A stretch of 64,000 nt of DNA from Octopus vulgaris (Eukaryota): positions 30,876,001 through 30,940,000 of the forward strand of contig OX597819.1 of NCBI GenBank assembly GCA_951406725.2, in the 5' to 3' direction. Positions 11,291-25,016 of the stretch are shown piece after piece. A program made the position numbers and the translations under genes. The notes beneath the pieces were generated by a model, which was not told the origin of the DNA, did not search any database, and was given only the letters and a program-made list of their open reading frames with translations. The first letter of the stretch is position 1. Each line of letters starts with the position of its first letter.

Positions 11291-13679
11291 TACATCACCA
11301 ATAACACAGTTTTAAGTACCCAAACCCTTTAAGTATCCTTATTTCAGATTTCACAATGGGTACAGCTGATGTCAGTTAACTGCATGAGCCCTAGGTGTGC
11401 GAAAGCAACCTGTTTTTATTAACACACAGTTATAATGTATGCGTGTAGATGTTTGCATGTATATATGCGTATGTGTGTATGTGTTGATAACAGCATAGCC
11501 AGGCAGTGTCTAAAACACTATGATACAGAAAGTAAATACCAGCACACATGCACATAAATAAAATTAAACGACACTCCTGAGAACCTATTGAATTAATTCT
11601 ATAAAAGGATGTATATTCTAATGGTAACAACAATGAATTACGTCAAACAAATGTATATTTGTGAGTAGGGTTATGTATTTGGGTGTGTTTATGAATGTTA
11701 TATATTTATATATATCATCATCATCATCATTTAACATCTGTTGTCCATGGGTTGGACAGTGTAACCAGAGCTGACATTTATGTGGTACTGCACAAGTGAT
11801 TTTACATGGCACCTCAAATCTATAAGAGAAAGCATGATAAATTCAAAACAATTTGAATATAAAGGCACTACATTTGACAGAGTAATTTGAACATTAAAAG
11901 GTTAAGTATAAATGAAGAAGTGATACATCATCAAGACAAGATCCCACCAAGGTGATGTCAGTGAGAACAATGATGGTAATGATATTGATGTTAAGATTAT
12001 GTTATTCACTAAATATCCAAACCTGTGGATGAATTTATAAGAAGTTGTTGTTATATCATAAGCTAGCAACTGAAAGACAGTACAAACACAATCCTGTGGG
12101 AAAATAGAGCTTTCTTCAAAGTAAAAGCAGATTTTATGTAACATACCACTTATTTCTGGACAATAGCTAGGCTTGAACAGAAACAAATAGTAATATGCAG
12201 CTTAAAGTTGTGAGAGAAGCTAAACATTAAGTGTCAATGAAACACCATTCATAACTGAAACACTTTGATAAACACTCCAAATTACCTTCCTATTTACACA
12301 ATGTAAAAGAACTTAATTGACCCAAATTGCAGAGGGGACAGTTTGTTTTCTGCTAGCTTATAAAAACAGGAAAATCTCATCTTGATAATAATGCTCAAAA
12401 CTCATCCTAATAAGTCATTTGTAAATTGCATAGAAAATTCTGCCAATCAAGCACAGACCTAGCCAAATAACTGCAATGATTATGATTGCAGTAAATAACC
12501 TTGAAAAAGTAGATCATCATGTACAGGCTGACTATATACATATACAATCTCTTTAATATTTGTTTTCTTTACACTGAAGCACAGATCAGTAAGTGGGTTA
12601 CATATCAAGTACACTTGGAAACAATTGAACTCAAAATGTTGGAAATCTGAAAAATATTTTGCATATTCTGTCTATATATAAACGTAGGGTGTTCCAAATT
12701 CAAACAGATATATATACATATGTAAAGATATTAAAATATTCACATACACCTATGCTTTATTTACTTGTTATACAAGATTGCTGATATAATCTAGTTTTAC
12801 GTAAGCCTTATCATGAACTGAAGTACCACACCTTCTTGCTGCACACGAGAAAAAGAAAAGGAAAAAGAATTTGATCATATCAAAAATTTAGAGCCTCAAC
12901 AAGTCAAATTTGCTTTAAAATTATAAAGAAAAGAAATAATAATTTGTTCTTAACTGTCTCATGTTGATAAAAAGTTGATTAAAACCTAAAATAATGACTA
13001 TATTCAATCTTTGTACAGTGACTATATTGTCACTTTGTCCTTTTCTTTTATCACAATATCTTGGCAAAATAAAATTAAGAAAATAATTAGCTAAATTACT
13101 AATATATAAAATTATCAAAATTATCCAAAAAGTATCCAAAGATTTGGACTTTTTCACAAAAACTAAGAAAGAGATCAATTTTTTTTTTTAATTTAAAAGT
13201 AAATAAAAACCCAAATTCAAAACTGGAGCACAGCAATAAGAGAAAATAGGAATAAAACAAACTTGGTAGCAACTAAAAATGAAAGCGCTGATTTAAATAT
13301 AGCACATGCCATTGATCTACTTTTAGTCATTACTAAACTCCTGGTGAAAACTGATTCAATTAATGCATAAAAACAACCTCTCTAACACCAATAGTATGAG
13401 AAAAATATAGCTAGCCCACACTGCAAAGTAAGTGGTGATAGGAAGGGCATTGCGCAGTTAAGACTGTCAATTGTAAATAAGACAAATACAACAGCAGAGT
13501 TTCTCTGTTGTTGTGTGTATATGGAGGTGGGTAAACAAGTGATAAAATGTGGAGATCTGTCAAACCTATGCCAGCATAGATAACCAGTATATAAAGTGAT
13601 GATAACAATGACAATGATGACACTTCAAAGCCACAAAAATAGCTGTCATAAAGACTGGTTTCAAGGTGTTAGGTGGATG

Positions 13680-14120
13680 AGAAATAAACAGAATCGAAAT
13701 CGATTAATGGAAATTGCAGATGTGTTACCAGTGCCAGTGGCATGTAAGAGAACCTTCCGTTTCGCGACCGTTGCCAGCGCCGCCCCGACTGGCCTCGTGC
13801 CGGTGGCACGTAAAAAGCACCATCCGTTCGTGTCCGTTGCCAGCCTCACCTGGCCCTCGTGCCGGTGGCACATAAAAAGCACCATCCATTCGTGGCCGTT
13901 TGCCAGCTCTGTCTGGCACCTGTGCGGGTGGCACGTAAAAAGCACCCACTACACTCACGGAGTGGTTGGCGTTAGGAAGGGCATCCAGCCGTAGAAACAC
14001 TGCCAGATCAGACTGGGCCTGATGAAGCCTTCTGGCTTCACAGACCCCAGTAGAACCGTCCAACCCATGCTAGCATGGAAAACGGACGCTAAACGATGAT
14101 GATGATGATGATGATGATGA
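13680..14120 (+). mobile_element. RTE LINE 3' UTR with internal tandem units and (GAT)n tail
   Basis: Repeats of ggtggcacgtaaaaagcacc; ends ccatgctagcatggaaaacggacgctaaac(gat)n. The same tail joins RTE coding sequence at 19721-20452. Confidence 0.85.
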
Positions 14121-14624
14121 ACTCTTAAAAGTGTCTTGAAACGTGTCATGATCATTAATGTATCATGGTGACCTCAGCAAAGGTTTCATTATCTCATGTA
14201 TCACATGTGGTGAAAATATCAGCCTTGCTGCAGTCACAAATTTGTGAAGTGCAACAATGCAACTGATAATAAAGCTTGCATCACTGAGTTTACTTTATGG
14301 TAAATGATCACCATGACCACAACTCTAGATCATTCATATTGGTATGAACCAATAAAGGTACCTCTACATTAGGGTTTATTAAACTTTTTTTAGTTATTGT
14401 ACTTTTTCTTTTGAAACACTTTTCCAGTACTCCACTGCTATGGTTCAACAAAATTAAGTGCAACATAAAAATTATTGTTAACAGATTGATTGCCATTAAT
14501 CAGTAAATGATTTCATTCATCAATGTTATATGGAATGTCAAAACAGCATTTCAACCACTGGTACTACCAGATGATTTATACACAGAAAATTTTGATAAGA
14601 CACAAAGACTAAAACAAAACTATA

Positions 14625-14785
14625 CAGGAGTGGCTGTGTGGTAAGTAGCTTGCTAACCAACCACATGGTTCCGGGTTCAGTCCCACTGCGTGGCACCTTG
14701 GGCAGGTGTCTTCTGCTATAGCCCCAGGCCGACCAATGCCTTGTGAGTGGATTTGGTAGACGGAAACTGAAAGAAGCCTGTCGTA

Positions 14786-14840
<55 letters not shown>

Positions 14841-15046
14841 ATGTGTCTGTGTTTGTCTCCCTAGCATTGCTTAACAACTGATGCTGGTGTGTTTACGTCC
14901 CCGTAACTTAGCGGTTCGGCAAAAGAGACCGATAAAATAAGTACTGGGCTTACAAAGAATAAGTCCCGGGGTCGATTTGCTCGACTAAAGGCAGTGCTCC
15001 AGCATGGCCGCAGTCAAATGACTGAAACAAGTATTAAAAAAAAAAA
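14625..15046 (+). mobile_element. SINE family A, full length with A tail
   Basis: Family A head, core and tail. Confidence 0.9.
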
Positions 15047-15313
15047 TGTACCTATCACTCATACTTCCCACTGCTCCCTTTGTCTCCAGCACCCTGAAAG
15101 AATTTCCTACTGCCCCAAAGGAGTGGTACTGATCAGTTTCAAAGGCGCAATGTCACCTGATCTAATAAAAATAGCAGCCGGGTCTTCCTAAAAAAATCAT
15201 ACTTTATTATACAAAAACAGATACTGGACAGTAAAAAGATAGGATGACCACAGGTTTTGGTTATAGGTTTGCTCAATCAGGATTAACCAGGGTTCTAAAC
15301 AATGACAACTCAC

Positions 15314-15502
15314 ACTTCAAAAATACTGCTTGTACAAATATGACTTTCCCCACAGGTGTTGGCCTGTAACAGCTTAAATGATTTGGAGGGCCAGTAAAGG
15401 TCATGGGTACTGTTCCTTCATGCAGGTCCAGCAAGTAAAATGAAATACAACTTGTTGGGACAATTGATCGAGTACTCATATACAAGCACAAGAGTAGGTT
15501 AC
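15314..15502 (-). CDS. Possible 189-nt symmetric (phase 1-1) exon, NLLLCLYMSTRSIVPTSCISFYLLDLHEGTVPMTFTGPPNHLSCYRPTPVGKVIFVQAVFLK
   Basis: tttgctgtgtAG acceptor, GTGAGT donor, one open frame, length divisible by 3; no recognisable homology. Confidence 0.3.
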
Positions 15503-16091
15503 CTACACAGCAAAACAGCTAGTTACTTTCACTACTAAGACATCTGTCAGTACTCCAAGATCACAACTCAGTATGAACATATCCAAGGAAAATTATATGT
15601 AACATATGCAATTACAATCCTCCAATATATTGGACATATTTACCAATAAAATGATAGCTGTTCACTGTTTGGTATAATCATCAAATTGAAATGTGTTATT
15701 ATTTATAGGACTATACTAAATAAATGTGACAGACATTCAAATTGCTTTGTCATGGCTAAGAGACAGACACACAGACACAATGCATATACAAATCTGGAGA
15801 CAGAGATAGACACTCATTTTGAGAACACACTCATATGCTAACAAGGTTATATATATATATATCTTTCATCTTTTACTTGTGTTAGTCATTAGACTGTGGC
15901 CATGCTGGAGAATTTTTAGTCAAATAAATCAACCCCAGTAGTCTAGTATTTATTCTATCAGTCTTCTTTGCTTAACCGCCAGGTTACAGGGACATAAACA
16001 CACCAGTCACTGCATTAACCAAGCTACTAGATGTTATTACACAGTGCTGGTCACAATGCGCTTCCTTGCATTGTTTTAGCTTTTGAATGAA

Positions 16092-16407
16092 CCAATCTTG
16101 ATCTGGCAGAGTTTCTACAGCTGGATGCCCTTCCTAATGCCAACCACTCTGAGAGTGTAGTGGGTGCTTTTTACGTGCCACTGGCACGGGGGCCAGCCAG
16201 GCGGTACTGGCAATGACCTCGCTCAAAAATTTTTACACATGCCAGTGAAGCGACGTTGGTAACGATCAAGCTCGAATGGTGCCCTTTTACGTGCCACAGG
16301 TACGGAAGCCAGTTGGCTGCTCTGGCGACGATCATGCTCGGATGGTGCTCTTGGCACCCTACTAGCACAGGCATAAGTGCCAGTAAGGCAACGCTGGTAA
16401 CGATCAT
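16092..16407 (-). mobile_element. RTE 3' UTR fragment
   Basis: gatctggcagagtttctacagctggatgcccttcctaa...gtgggtgctttttacgtgcca. Confidence 0.8.
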
Positions 16408-16859
16408 ATATATATATTTCAGTTACCATCTGCCAAATCCACTTACAAAGCTTTGGTCGCTAAGAAATATAATAATGGAAATAGAAGTATATATAGAGAG
16501 CAAACAAGCCGGATACTGGTTGAAGAATGATATGTAAGCAAATTAGAAATTGTATGTCAAATAGGGAAAATAATTAACATTTTTAAGACCTCTTTAACTT
16601 TTACATATACATTGGCAACAAAACAATTTTGTTGATCAAATTCTTTCCTTCCAAATGAAATTCATAGAACGTGAAGTGATAGCCAGTTTCCTCATACTGT
16701 GTCCATTCTCCAAGAAGAAAATGTTTATATGTAAATTTAATTTTTCTTTCAAACAGGTTTTAAAGTCAAATTAAAATTGATAAACATTAAAAATGATATT
16801 TACATTCATTGTGATAACATTAGAAAACATTGTACATATTGATGTCAAGATAGTTATGT

Positions 16860-17080
16860 AAAAAGCATTGGCGTAGATGCTGGTGTCATATAAATGCACT
16901 GGTGACGGTGTCACATGAAAAGCACCCAGTACACACTGAAAGTGATTGGCATTAGAAAGGGCAGCCAACCATAGAAACCAAGCCAAAAACAGACTAGGAA
17001 ACCTGGTGTGGCCTCTTGTCTTACCGGTTACTGTCAAGTCATCCAACCATGCCAGCATGGAAAACATGTTAAATGTTGAT
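16860..17080 (+). mobile_element. Diverged RTE 3' UTR fragment
   Basis: aaaagcaccc...ggcattagaaagggcagcc...caaccatgccagcatggaaaac. Confidence 0.65.
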
Positions 17081-17858
17081 GGTAGAAAGGTAGCAAAATA
17101 CGTTCAGAAATTAGAAGAAATGATATACTGTGGGGAGAGGGATCAAAAGCCAGAATAGTGAAAACCTGTGGATTCCAGCAGAACTGTAAGAAAGACTCCA
17201 GTGGAGTTTTGAGCTGACATGATCCTAAAACTTTTGGATTGGACAAATCACTAACAGTTCACAGCACTAAGGCTCCAGATGTCTGGGTACCAAATTTACA
17301 TGATGAATTTTATTTATACAAATAAAGAAATATTGATTTTGTCTTACGTCTTCTTTTTAATAGGTTCTTCAAATTTACAATCTTACTTTATGTCAAAGAT
17401 CTAACAGCCCTCCACAGGAGCTGCACTAAAAGCCTGACTGGAGGGTGGCTTTTGGCTAGTATGTAAGTGTGCTTATACAAACACATGTGTATATGCACAT
17501 GCGTGTGTGTGTGTGTGTGTATGTATGTGTGCAGATGTGCACACACACACACACACACATAAAGCTAGTTGGCAGAATTGTTAGCACACAATACAAAATG
17601 CTTCGTAGCATTCAGCTGAGCACTATGACTGATGTAATCGGCTAACCCCATCTGTCACCAAAAATTCTGGCCTTGTGCCTATAGCAGGAATTATATTTAT
17701 ACACACACCCACACACATGTATTATACTTTTACAAGAAGAGGGGTGATAGTGTTTTCAATGTTTCAGCCTGCCAGCCTTCATTGAAGGAGTAATAGTTTA
17801 AATAATCAACACAAGAGAGATATACAGATAGAGTATTTTCCAGCATACAAGTCAACAT

Positions 17859-18177
17859 GTGGAGGCACAATGGCCCAGTGGTTAGGGCAGCGGACTCGTG
17901 GTCAGAGGATCGCAGTTTCGATTCCCAGACTGGGCATTGTGTGTGTTTATTGAGTAAAAACACCTAAAAGCTCCATGAGGCTCCGGCAGGGGGTGGTGGC
18001 AACCCCTGTTGTACTCTTTCGCCACAACTTCCTCTCACTCTCTCTTCCTGTTTCTTGAGTAACGCTGCGATGGATTGGTGTCCCATCCAGCTGGGGGGAA
18101 CACATATGCCACAGAAACCGGGAAACTGGGCCCATGAGCCTGGCTAGGCTTGAAAAGGACAAAAAAAAAAAAAAAAA
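17859..18177 (+). mobile_element. SINE family B with poly(A) tail and TSD
   Basis: gtggaggcacaatggcccagtggttagggc...gtttcgattccc; aagtcaacat on both sides. Confidence 0.92.
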
Positions 18178-18604
18178 AGTCAACATAGAACATAGTGTAA
18201 ACATTCAAACACCATTGTCATCTTTCCAACTCCTGCTGCATTCCACATAAAGTCATTAGTCCACTAAAGCTGTCTTGGTGTATAATTTGCCCTATCTTTG
18301 TTTGCTGTAAATTTTGGTGAGAAAAATTTGACTTGTAAACTGGAAAATACTGTATAAACAGTTTCAACACTAGAAAAATGTGTGAATAAGTATCTATAAC
18401 TTATAAAATGCAATATACAATTAATCCTGTATAAAAGAGTACGACCACACTTGCCCAAGATCATACTTATCAACCAACACACCCAACCCATTACATTCTC
18501 TGCCCCAACTCAATTTTTAATTCATTTGGATTTTGGAGTTTTTTCCCTTGTCTTTCTTGACCAGTATTAAACACTAACAATAATGATTTGTATTTTTCTT
18601 CACT

Positions 18605-18905
18605 AGGTGCAATGGCCCAGTGGTTAGGGCAGCAGACTCGCAGTCGGAGGATCACGGTTTCAATTCTCATACCGGGCGCTGTGTGTGTTTATAGAGCGAA
18701 AACACCTAAAAGCTCCACAAGGCTCCGGCAGCAGAGTGGTGGTGACCCCTGTTGTACTCTTTCGCCACAACTTTCTCTCACTCTTTCTTCCTGTTTCTTG
18801 AGTAACACTGCGATGGACTTGTGTCCCGTCCAGCTGGGGGGAACACATATGTCACAGAAACCGGGAAAATGGGTCCATGAGCCTGGCTAGGCTTGAAAAG
18901 GGCGA
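18605..18905 (+). mobile_element. SINE family B
   Basis: Collinear with 17859-18177. Confidence 0.9.
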
Positions 18906-19720
18906 CATGTAATTTTAATTAACTGAACATTTTGGAGGAGTTCAATACATTAATTATGGTTAATCCTCCACTTAATTAAATGTTTAATAGTTCAGGTGCA
19001 AATTAAAACAAAGACAAAGCTAGACAAACTTTCTACTGACTTGAAGAAACTAAAGTTGTATCAAATAGAACAAGAGGCCAAGAAGAAAACGGATGAGAAA
19101 CAAACTTAGAAATTCTTACAAGATACTATATTACCAAATGAAAAATAAAATGGTCAGAAAGGGACACTTCCAATTTTCAGATTAATATTAAAAATACAAA
19201 GACTTCAATCACGATAATTATAGTCATTAATATAAGTCAGACTAGAATAATAACAACTATAAGGTTTAAAAAATGAAATTCTGTTGTATTAACTTGAATT
19301 ATAATTATGGATTATAACCTCAATCATTTTGATGAAAAGTTCAGACAGGTATACTAATATACTTATTACATCAAATATAACACCTGCTCATTGTTTTTTT
19401 TATTAACAAGATATTAATTAAAATAAATAGCTTATTATTATTTAACTAAAGTGAAACATAATTGCTTTTTTTCCCCTCTTTTGAGTCAAAAATTTGCTTT
19501 GAATTTAGCAAAATTAATAGCTTGCTGGAAACAGCTGAATATCTAGTATAATCTGTAAATCTGGGATGCTAGCTGGACTATGCTGGAGAAGACCAGTGTA
19601 AACCATACATGAAAAAACAGGTGTAAAAAATGGTGGTGGTAGTGGTGGTGGTGGGTAACATGCATAATATCCACATTTGAGTCTGTCTTGCTCATTATGT
19701 TCATATTAATACCATATATA

Positions 19721-20452
19721 TCATCATCATCTTCGTTTAACATCCGCTTTCCATGCTAGCATGGGTTGGATGATTTGACTGAGGAGTGGCGAACCAGATG
19801 GCTGCACCAGGCTTCAATCTGATCTGGCAGAGTTTCTACAGCTAGATGCCCTTCCTAACGCCAACCACTCTTAGAGTGTAGTGGGGGCTTTTACGTGCCA
19901 CCGGCACGAGGGCCAGTCAGGCGGCACCGGCAACAGCCATGCTCAAATGGCATTTTTTACATGCCACCTACACAGGAACCAGTCCAGCAGCACTCGAAAC
20001 GACCTCACTCGAATGTTTTGTTCATGTGCCAGTAAGGCGACGCTAGTAACGATCACGCTCGAATAGTGCTTTTTACGTGCCACTGGTACAGAAGCCAGTT
20101 AGCTGCTCTGGCAACGGTCATGCTCAGATGGTGCTCTTAGTGCTCCACTAGCACGGATGCCAGTCATCGAATTTGATTTCGATTCCACTTGCCTCAACAG
20201 ATCTTCGCAAGCAGAGTTTAGTGTCCAAAGAAGGAAAGGTATGCATTAGTAGGCTGGTTACACCCCTAGCATAGGCCACGAGGTTATGGTCTCACTTGGC
20301 TTGCCAGGTCTTCTCAAGCACAACATATTTCCAAAGGTTTCAGTCACTAGCCATTGCCTCAGTGAGGCCTAATGTTCGAAGGTCGTGCTTCACCACTTCA
20401 TCCCAGGTCTTCCTGGGTCTACCTCTTTCATAGGTTCCCTCAACCGCTAGGA
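19721..20452 (-). mobile_element. 5'-truncated RTE-clade LINE (ORF C-terminus, 3' UTR, (GAT)n tail)
   Basis: LAVEGTYERGRPRKTWDEVVKHDLRTLGLTEAMASD matches the RTE C-terminal GRP..TW...V..DL pattern. Confidence 0.85.
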
Positions 20453-20480
20453 ATGAAGCCAGTATATTCCGATGGATGTG

Positions 20481-20531
<51 letters not shown>

Positions 20532-20744
20532 CCATTTCTTCCCTCTCCTATCCTATCTTTATGCTTCTATCCCCCATCATACTGCCGGTGAAATGAAACT
20601 ATCATCTCTTCATCGCTTACAGCAGACTCTTTCCAGATTTACATCTATTGCCACATCTCTTACCTTAACCTCACTTTTAATCACCCGTATCATTACTCTT
20701 CTCTATTGCTTGCTAGCTACCATCTCTCTCTCTCTCTCATATAT

Positions 20745-21020
20745 ATATATAACAAAACAGGAATCTGGAAAATTTTTTGGCATTATTTATTCGCCATTGG
20801 ACATGTTTCATTTGCTAATAGCAGTTATAAAATTGTACTTGTAGGAGAAACATGTAAGAAATTTCCTATTACAAATTCTTCAGACAGAATTTCTAATGGG
20901 AAATTTCTTACATGTATATCCAACACGTACAATTGTGTGATTCCTGTTAGTATATGAAACGTATGTAATGGTAAATAAATAATACTGAAAAAAATTTCCA
21001 GATTCCTGTTTTTCTATATA
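20745..21020. mobile_element. Foldback/MITE-like palindrome with arms of about 130 bp
   Basis: aaaacaggaatctggaaaatttttt ... aaaaaaatttccagattcctgtttt; centre aattct-tcagac-agaatt; TA-flanked. Confidence 0.8.
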
Positions 21021-21164
21021 ATAACACTGCAAAGAATATTTCCAAAATTTTCAACTCTAATATGTATCTCACATCAATACAACAATACATACTAGATTGT
21101 AATAGTGGAATAGGCTAATGTGCTTTAAGAGGATATAGCTTGGATTTTTTCCCCTACCTGCACC

Positions 21165-21192
<28 letters not shown>

Positions 21193-21195
<3 letters not shown>

Positions 21196-21440
21196 CTGTA
21201 AATGTAATATGTGACAAATATTCAGTAGCCATGATAAAACTCTGAGTTTTAGATGCTGGGGTGGAAATCCACACCGCCATCTCTTCAGTTATCTGGCCAC
21301 CCCAGCATCTGAAACTCAAAGTTTTATCATGGCTACTGAATAATTGTCACATATTACATTTACAGATAAATTCCTCTATTTACATAATATCGAGGTCTCT
21401 TTCATTCTTTTGTTGTCTTACCATTTTTATCAATATATAT
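21193..21440. mobile_element. Penelope-like fragment with inverted duplication (arms of about 72 bp)
   Basis: 21193-21264 pairs with 21297-21368; the downstream tail ttcctctatttacataatat recurs at 39627-39690. Confidence 0.65.
21233..21293 (-). ncRNA. Minimal type I hammerhead ribozyme-like motif, probably inactive
   Basis: Minus GATAA-CTGAAGA-GATG...CATC-t-AAAA-CTC a GAG-TT-TTATC; the inverted arm keeps GAAA. Confidence 0.55.
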
Positions 21441-21446
21441 CTTTTA

Positions 21447-21493
<47 letters not shown>

Positions 21494-22554
21494 TAAAGGT
21501 ACGTATACATAAGATATATTCTTTCATTCTTTTATGTGTCAGCCTACCACTCCATATTGATATCCCTTACTCTCTTTCTGTCTGATTCTCTCTCTCTCTC
21601 TCTCTCTCTCTCTGCCCCATCACACCATTCATACCCTTCCTAGCCAGTTTCCTAACTAATAATCAACATACAGCAACAGTTCATCACTTTCCTTCACCCA
21701 TTACTCTCTCCTTTTGAATCTCTTACACTTCTCATTATTTTTCTCCCATTATACTATCTCTTCTATCACCCTCCAATCCTGGGGTTTTTTTCTCTTTCAA
21801 TACTTACTCTTCTATAAATGTCTTTGTCATACTATCTTGAACGAATAGAGACAATAATAGAGAAAAGAAGGAGACAATGTCGAATAAAAACAAAAACAAG
21901 AAAAAAAAACAAGCTTGGTAAATGGTGCTGCACAAGCTGAACACCAATAAAAAATATATATTGTTGTTCTAAAAGAGTCTGGTCTGTGCTTCTTTTGTGC
22001 AGCAAAAACAAACCATTTTTAGATCATATTGAAAAGCCTAAAGAAAATGGATTCAATACAATGACTGACAATATTCTTCACAGCAGCTAGACTGAAGTGG
22101 AACACCAAAACACTGTTGCACTGAAGCTGCATTCGCAGTTATGGTTACTGCTTGCTTGTTAGCAGTGGAATCCTGGTAAAACTATTTAACCCTTTTGTTA
22201 CTATGTTTTTGTTAAACTACACTGCTTTTGTTTTAATTAATTGTGAAAATAATAAAGAATTTTGTAAAATAACTTTATCATTGTCAATCTGGCATTTGAA
22301 ACATAAATTAACATGAAATTTTGTTGGGAGGTTTTGATTTAGAATACTTAAAAACATGAAGTTTGTATTATAGAATTAAGAAATGGAATGGGGTCTCAGA
22401 CAGCTTAGTATCAAACTGGCAAAGAAATATTGCCAAAAAACAAAATTTATCAACAAAATATATCACAGTCTAAAATGCTTATGTCTTACATTGGGATAAT
22501 TCTTCAAGACAATGTCTAATCATGTCTCACAAAATGAGTCTGTAGGGCTAAACA

Positions 22555-22770
22555 CTGGTTTCAAATTTTGGTAGAAGACTAGTAATTTTGGGGAAGGGGT
22601 AAGTTCATTACATTGACAGCAGTGCTCAACTGGTACCTATTTTATCGACCCTGAAAGGATGAAAATCAGAGTCGACCTCAGCAAAATTTGAACATAGAAT
22701 ATAAAGACAGTCGAAATGCTGCTAAGCATTTTGCCTGGCACCATAATGGTTCTGCCAGCCTGCTGCCTTA
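22555..22770 (-). mobile_element. SINE family C
   Basis: ggtttcaaattttgg...tttatcgaccctgaaaggatgaaa...gttctgccagcctgctgcctt. Confidence 0.8.
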
Positions 22771-23310
22771 CTGTAGAGTTAAATGTTACTATGGTTATTG
22801 CATTGTTAAATGCCTCTGTCAAACGTTTCTTCGACTACTATACTGTTAACTGTTTTTGTGACTGCTACATGGTTAAACATTTCTATGACCATTTCACTGT
22901 TAAATGCTGCTCTCTCACAACTGCACCATTAACAGTGCACTACTACACTGTTAAATACTGTTTCTCTGACTACTGAACTGTTAAATGTTTCCCAGGCTAC
23001 TACAGTGTTAAACATTTCTGTTACTGCTGCACATTTAACTGTTTCTATATCTACTGCACTGCTAAATATTGTTTCATTAGTTACTGCAATGTTAAATTTT
23101 GTTTCTGTGGCTACTGCACTATTAAATGTTCCTTCCCTGACTACTGCACTGTAAAACGTTTCTATGGCTACTACACTGTTAACACAGTTAAACATTGTTT
23201 CTATGACTACTGCACTATTCAATGTTTCTCAGGCTACAGTGCTGCTAAATGTTTCTCTGGTTACGGCATCTTTCAATGCCTTTTTTTGTGACTACTGCAC
23301 CGTTAAACAC
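22770..23310. repeat. Degenerate 27-30 bp minisatellite (ctactgcactgttaaatgtttct...)
   Basis: 30-bp periodicity visible at 23051-23150. Confidence 0.8.
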
Positions 23311-23893
23311 TTGAGCCCTTTGGAAATTATGTTGATTTGGTTTGCTTTACCACTATTGCTGTTTAGAATAACATCTATACAAATTTTATAAACAAAACAT
23401 TCAAAAGAGATGTTTCAGGAATTCAATCACTACTACCAGGAATTCAATCACTAACGGGTCACTTTCAGGGTAGTTGACCATTTAACAACACTATCATGGC
23501 ACTGCCCCATTCTTCTTCTTCTTCCCTACCAAGAATTCACAATGACGTCGAACCCGCAAGAGTAAACAAGAGACACAGAAACAGGCAGAAACAAGGAAAA
23601 TGCCACCTGTATTTGAACACTATGCAAATATTCTTATAAAAAATTTTTTTAATTTTTCCAAAATTTAATTGTTTTCCATACTTATAGTTGAAAAAGTCTC
23701 AATGACTGAAACTGGTACTGAAATGTTTTTTATAAAATTATTTTAGCATTTTCTATCTTGACCTTTTTTTTCTATATATATATATATATATATTTTAAAT
23801 GATAATGACATTTATAATAATACTCACACACACACACACACTGAACACCATAAAAGATACAGATGAATAAGAAGAGGCTTCTAAGTTTGGGAA

Positions 23894-23958
<65 letters not shown>

Positions 23959-25016
23959 GAAGAGGTACTTTTAAATATTTGTGCATCACATGAACACCAT
24001 TGCTCCATTACTGTTATCTATTATCATTATTACTATTATTATTATCATCATTATTATCATACTCCAGTTGATCAAGAAGAGGTGGGTTTTTCTTTTGTTG
24101 TATTCACCCTGGAGATATAAATCTCTTTAATTACTGCAGCCTACAAACGTTAGTAAGAAGGCAGAGAAACTGGTGATAAAATCAGAGAGTGGAAGGTGGT
24201 GAGTGCGAGGGAGGAAATAGAGCTTTGCCTTTTTTTTTTTTTTTTTTTTAACCAGATAATCACACACCTGTCTTACTGAATCTTATAACGATAATTTAAT
24301 TTCCCATCTCTCATTCATAAAAACCCAGACTAAATAACAAATTAGTCATTATAATGACTAATCTAATATCTGGCTGGTTGCAGCTTTTTTTTTTCCTTCC
24401 TTTTTCAGGGGAAAAAAAAAATCTACTTCTAAATCTTAAAGTAACATAAAGTACATATTACATTTTATATGAGAAGCTGCTTCCTTTCCTTCTTTTTTAT
24501 ATTTTATATTTTTGTGCATGTGTGTGTGTGTGTGTCTTTTCTTTTGAACTGAACCTTGGGAATCACCATATTTAAAGAGATTAGTCACCTTACCAGAAAG
24601 AAAAAATACCCATGGGGATGAGATGTGGAGTGGCAATGAGTGACATGGTGTAATACCTACCTTTATTTAGTACAACTGATAACATGATAAAGTTACCAAG
24701 ATTTTTAATTCAGAGTTGTTGTTGGTTGGTATGCTACAGATTCTAAGAAGATTACAATTCTTTTAAGCCAGTGGCTAAATCACCAAATTGTTTTTGTTAG
24801 TAACATATATTTTTAAGCCAACTTACACAGCTTTTATGTTCAGTGGCCATTATATCGAAAAGAAATCTCAAGTTCAAGGCAGCTTTAAAATGGATATATA
24901 TTTTTTTGTTTTAGATTTTTAAAATTATCAGTGTGTACTAATTGCATGTGTTATGTGTGTGCATCTGTGTAGAGGTGTGTGTGCGTATGTATGTATGTAT
25001 GTATGTATAGATATAT

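Noticed and set aside
17859-17935. tRNA gene in SINE heads
   Set aside because: A and B boxes are present, but there is no complete cloverleaf and the sequence continues into the SINE body.
22929-23222. ORF with 10-aa repeats (FNSAVATETK)
   Set aside because: It follows from a 30-bp minisatellite, and the array loses frame on both sides.
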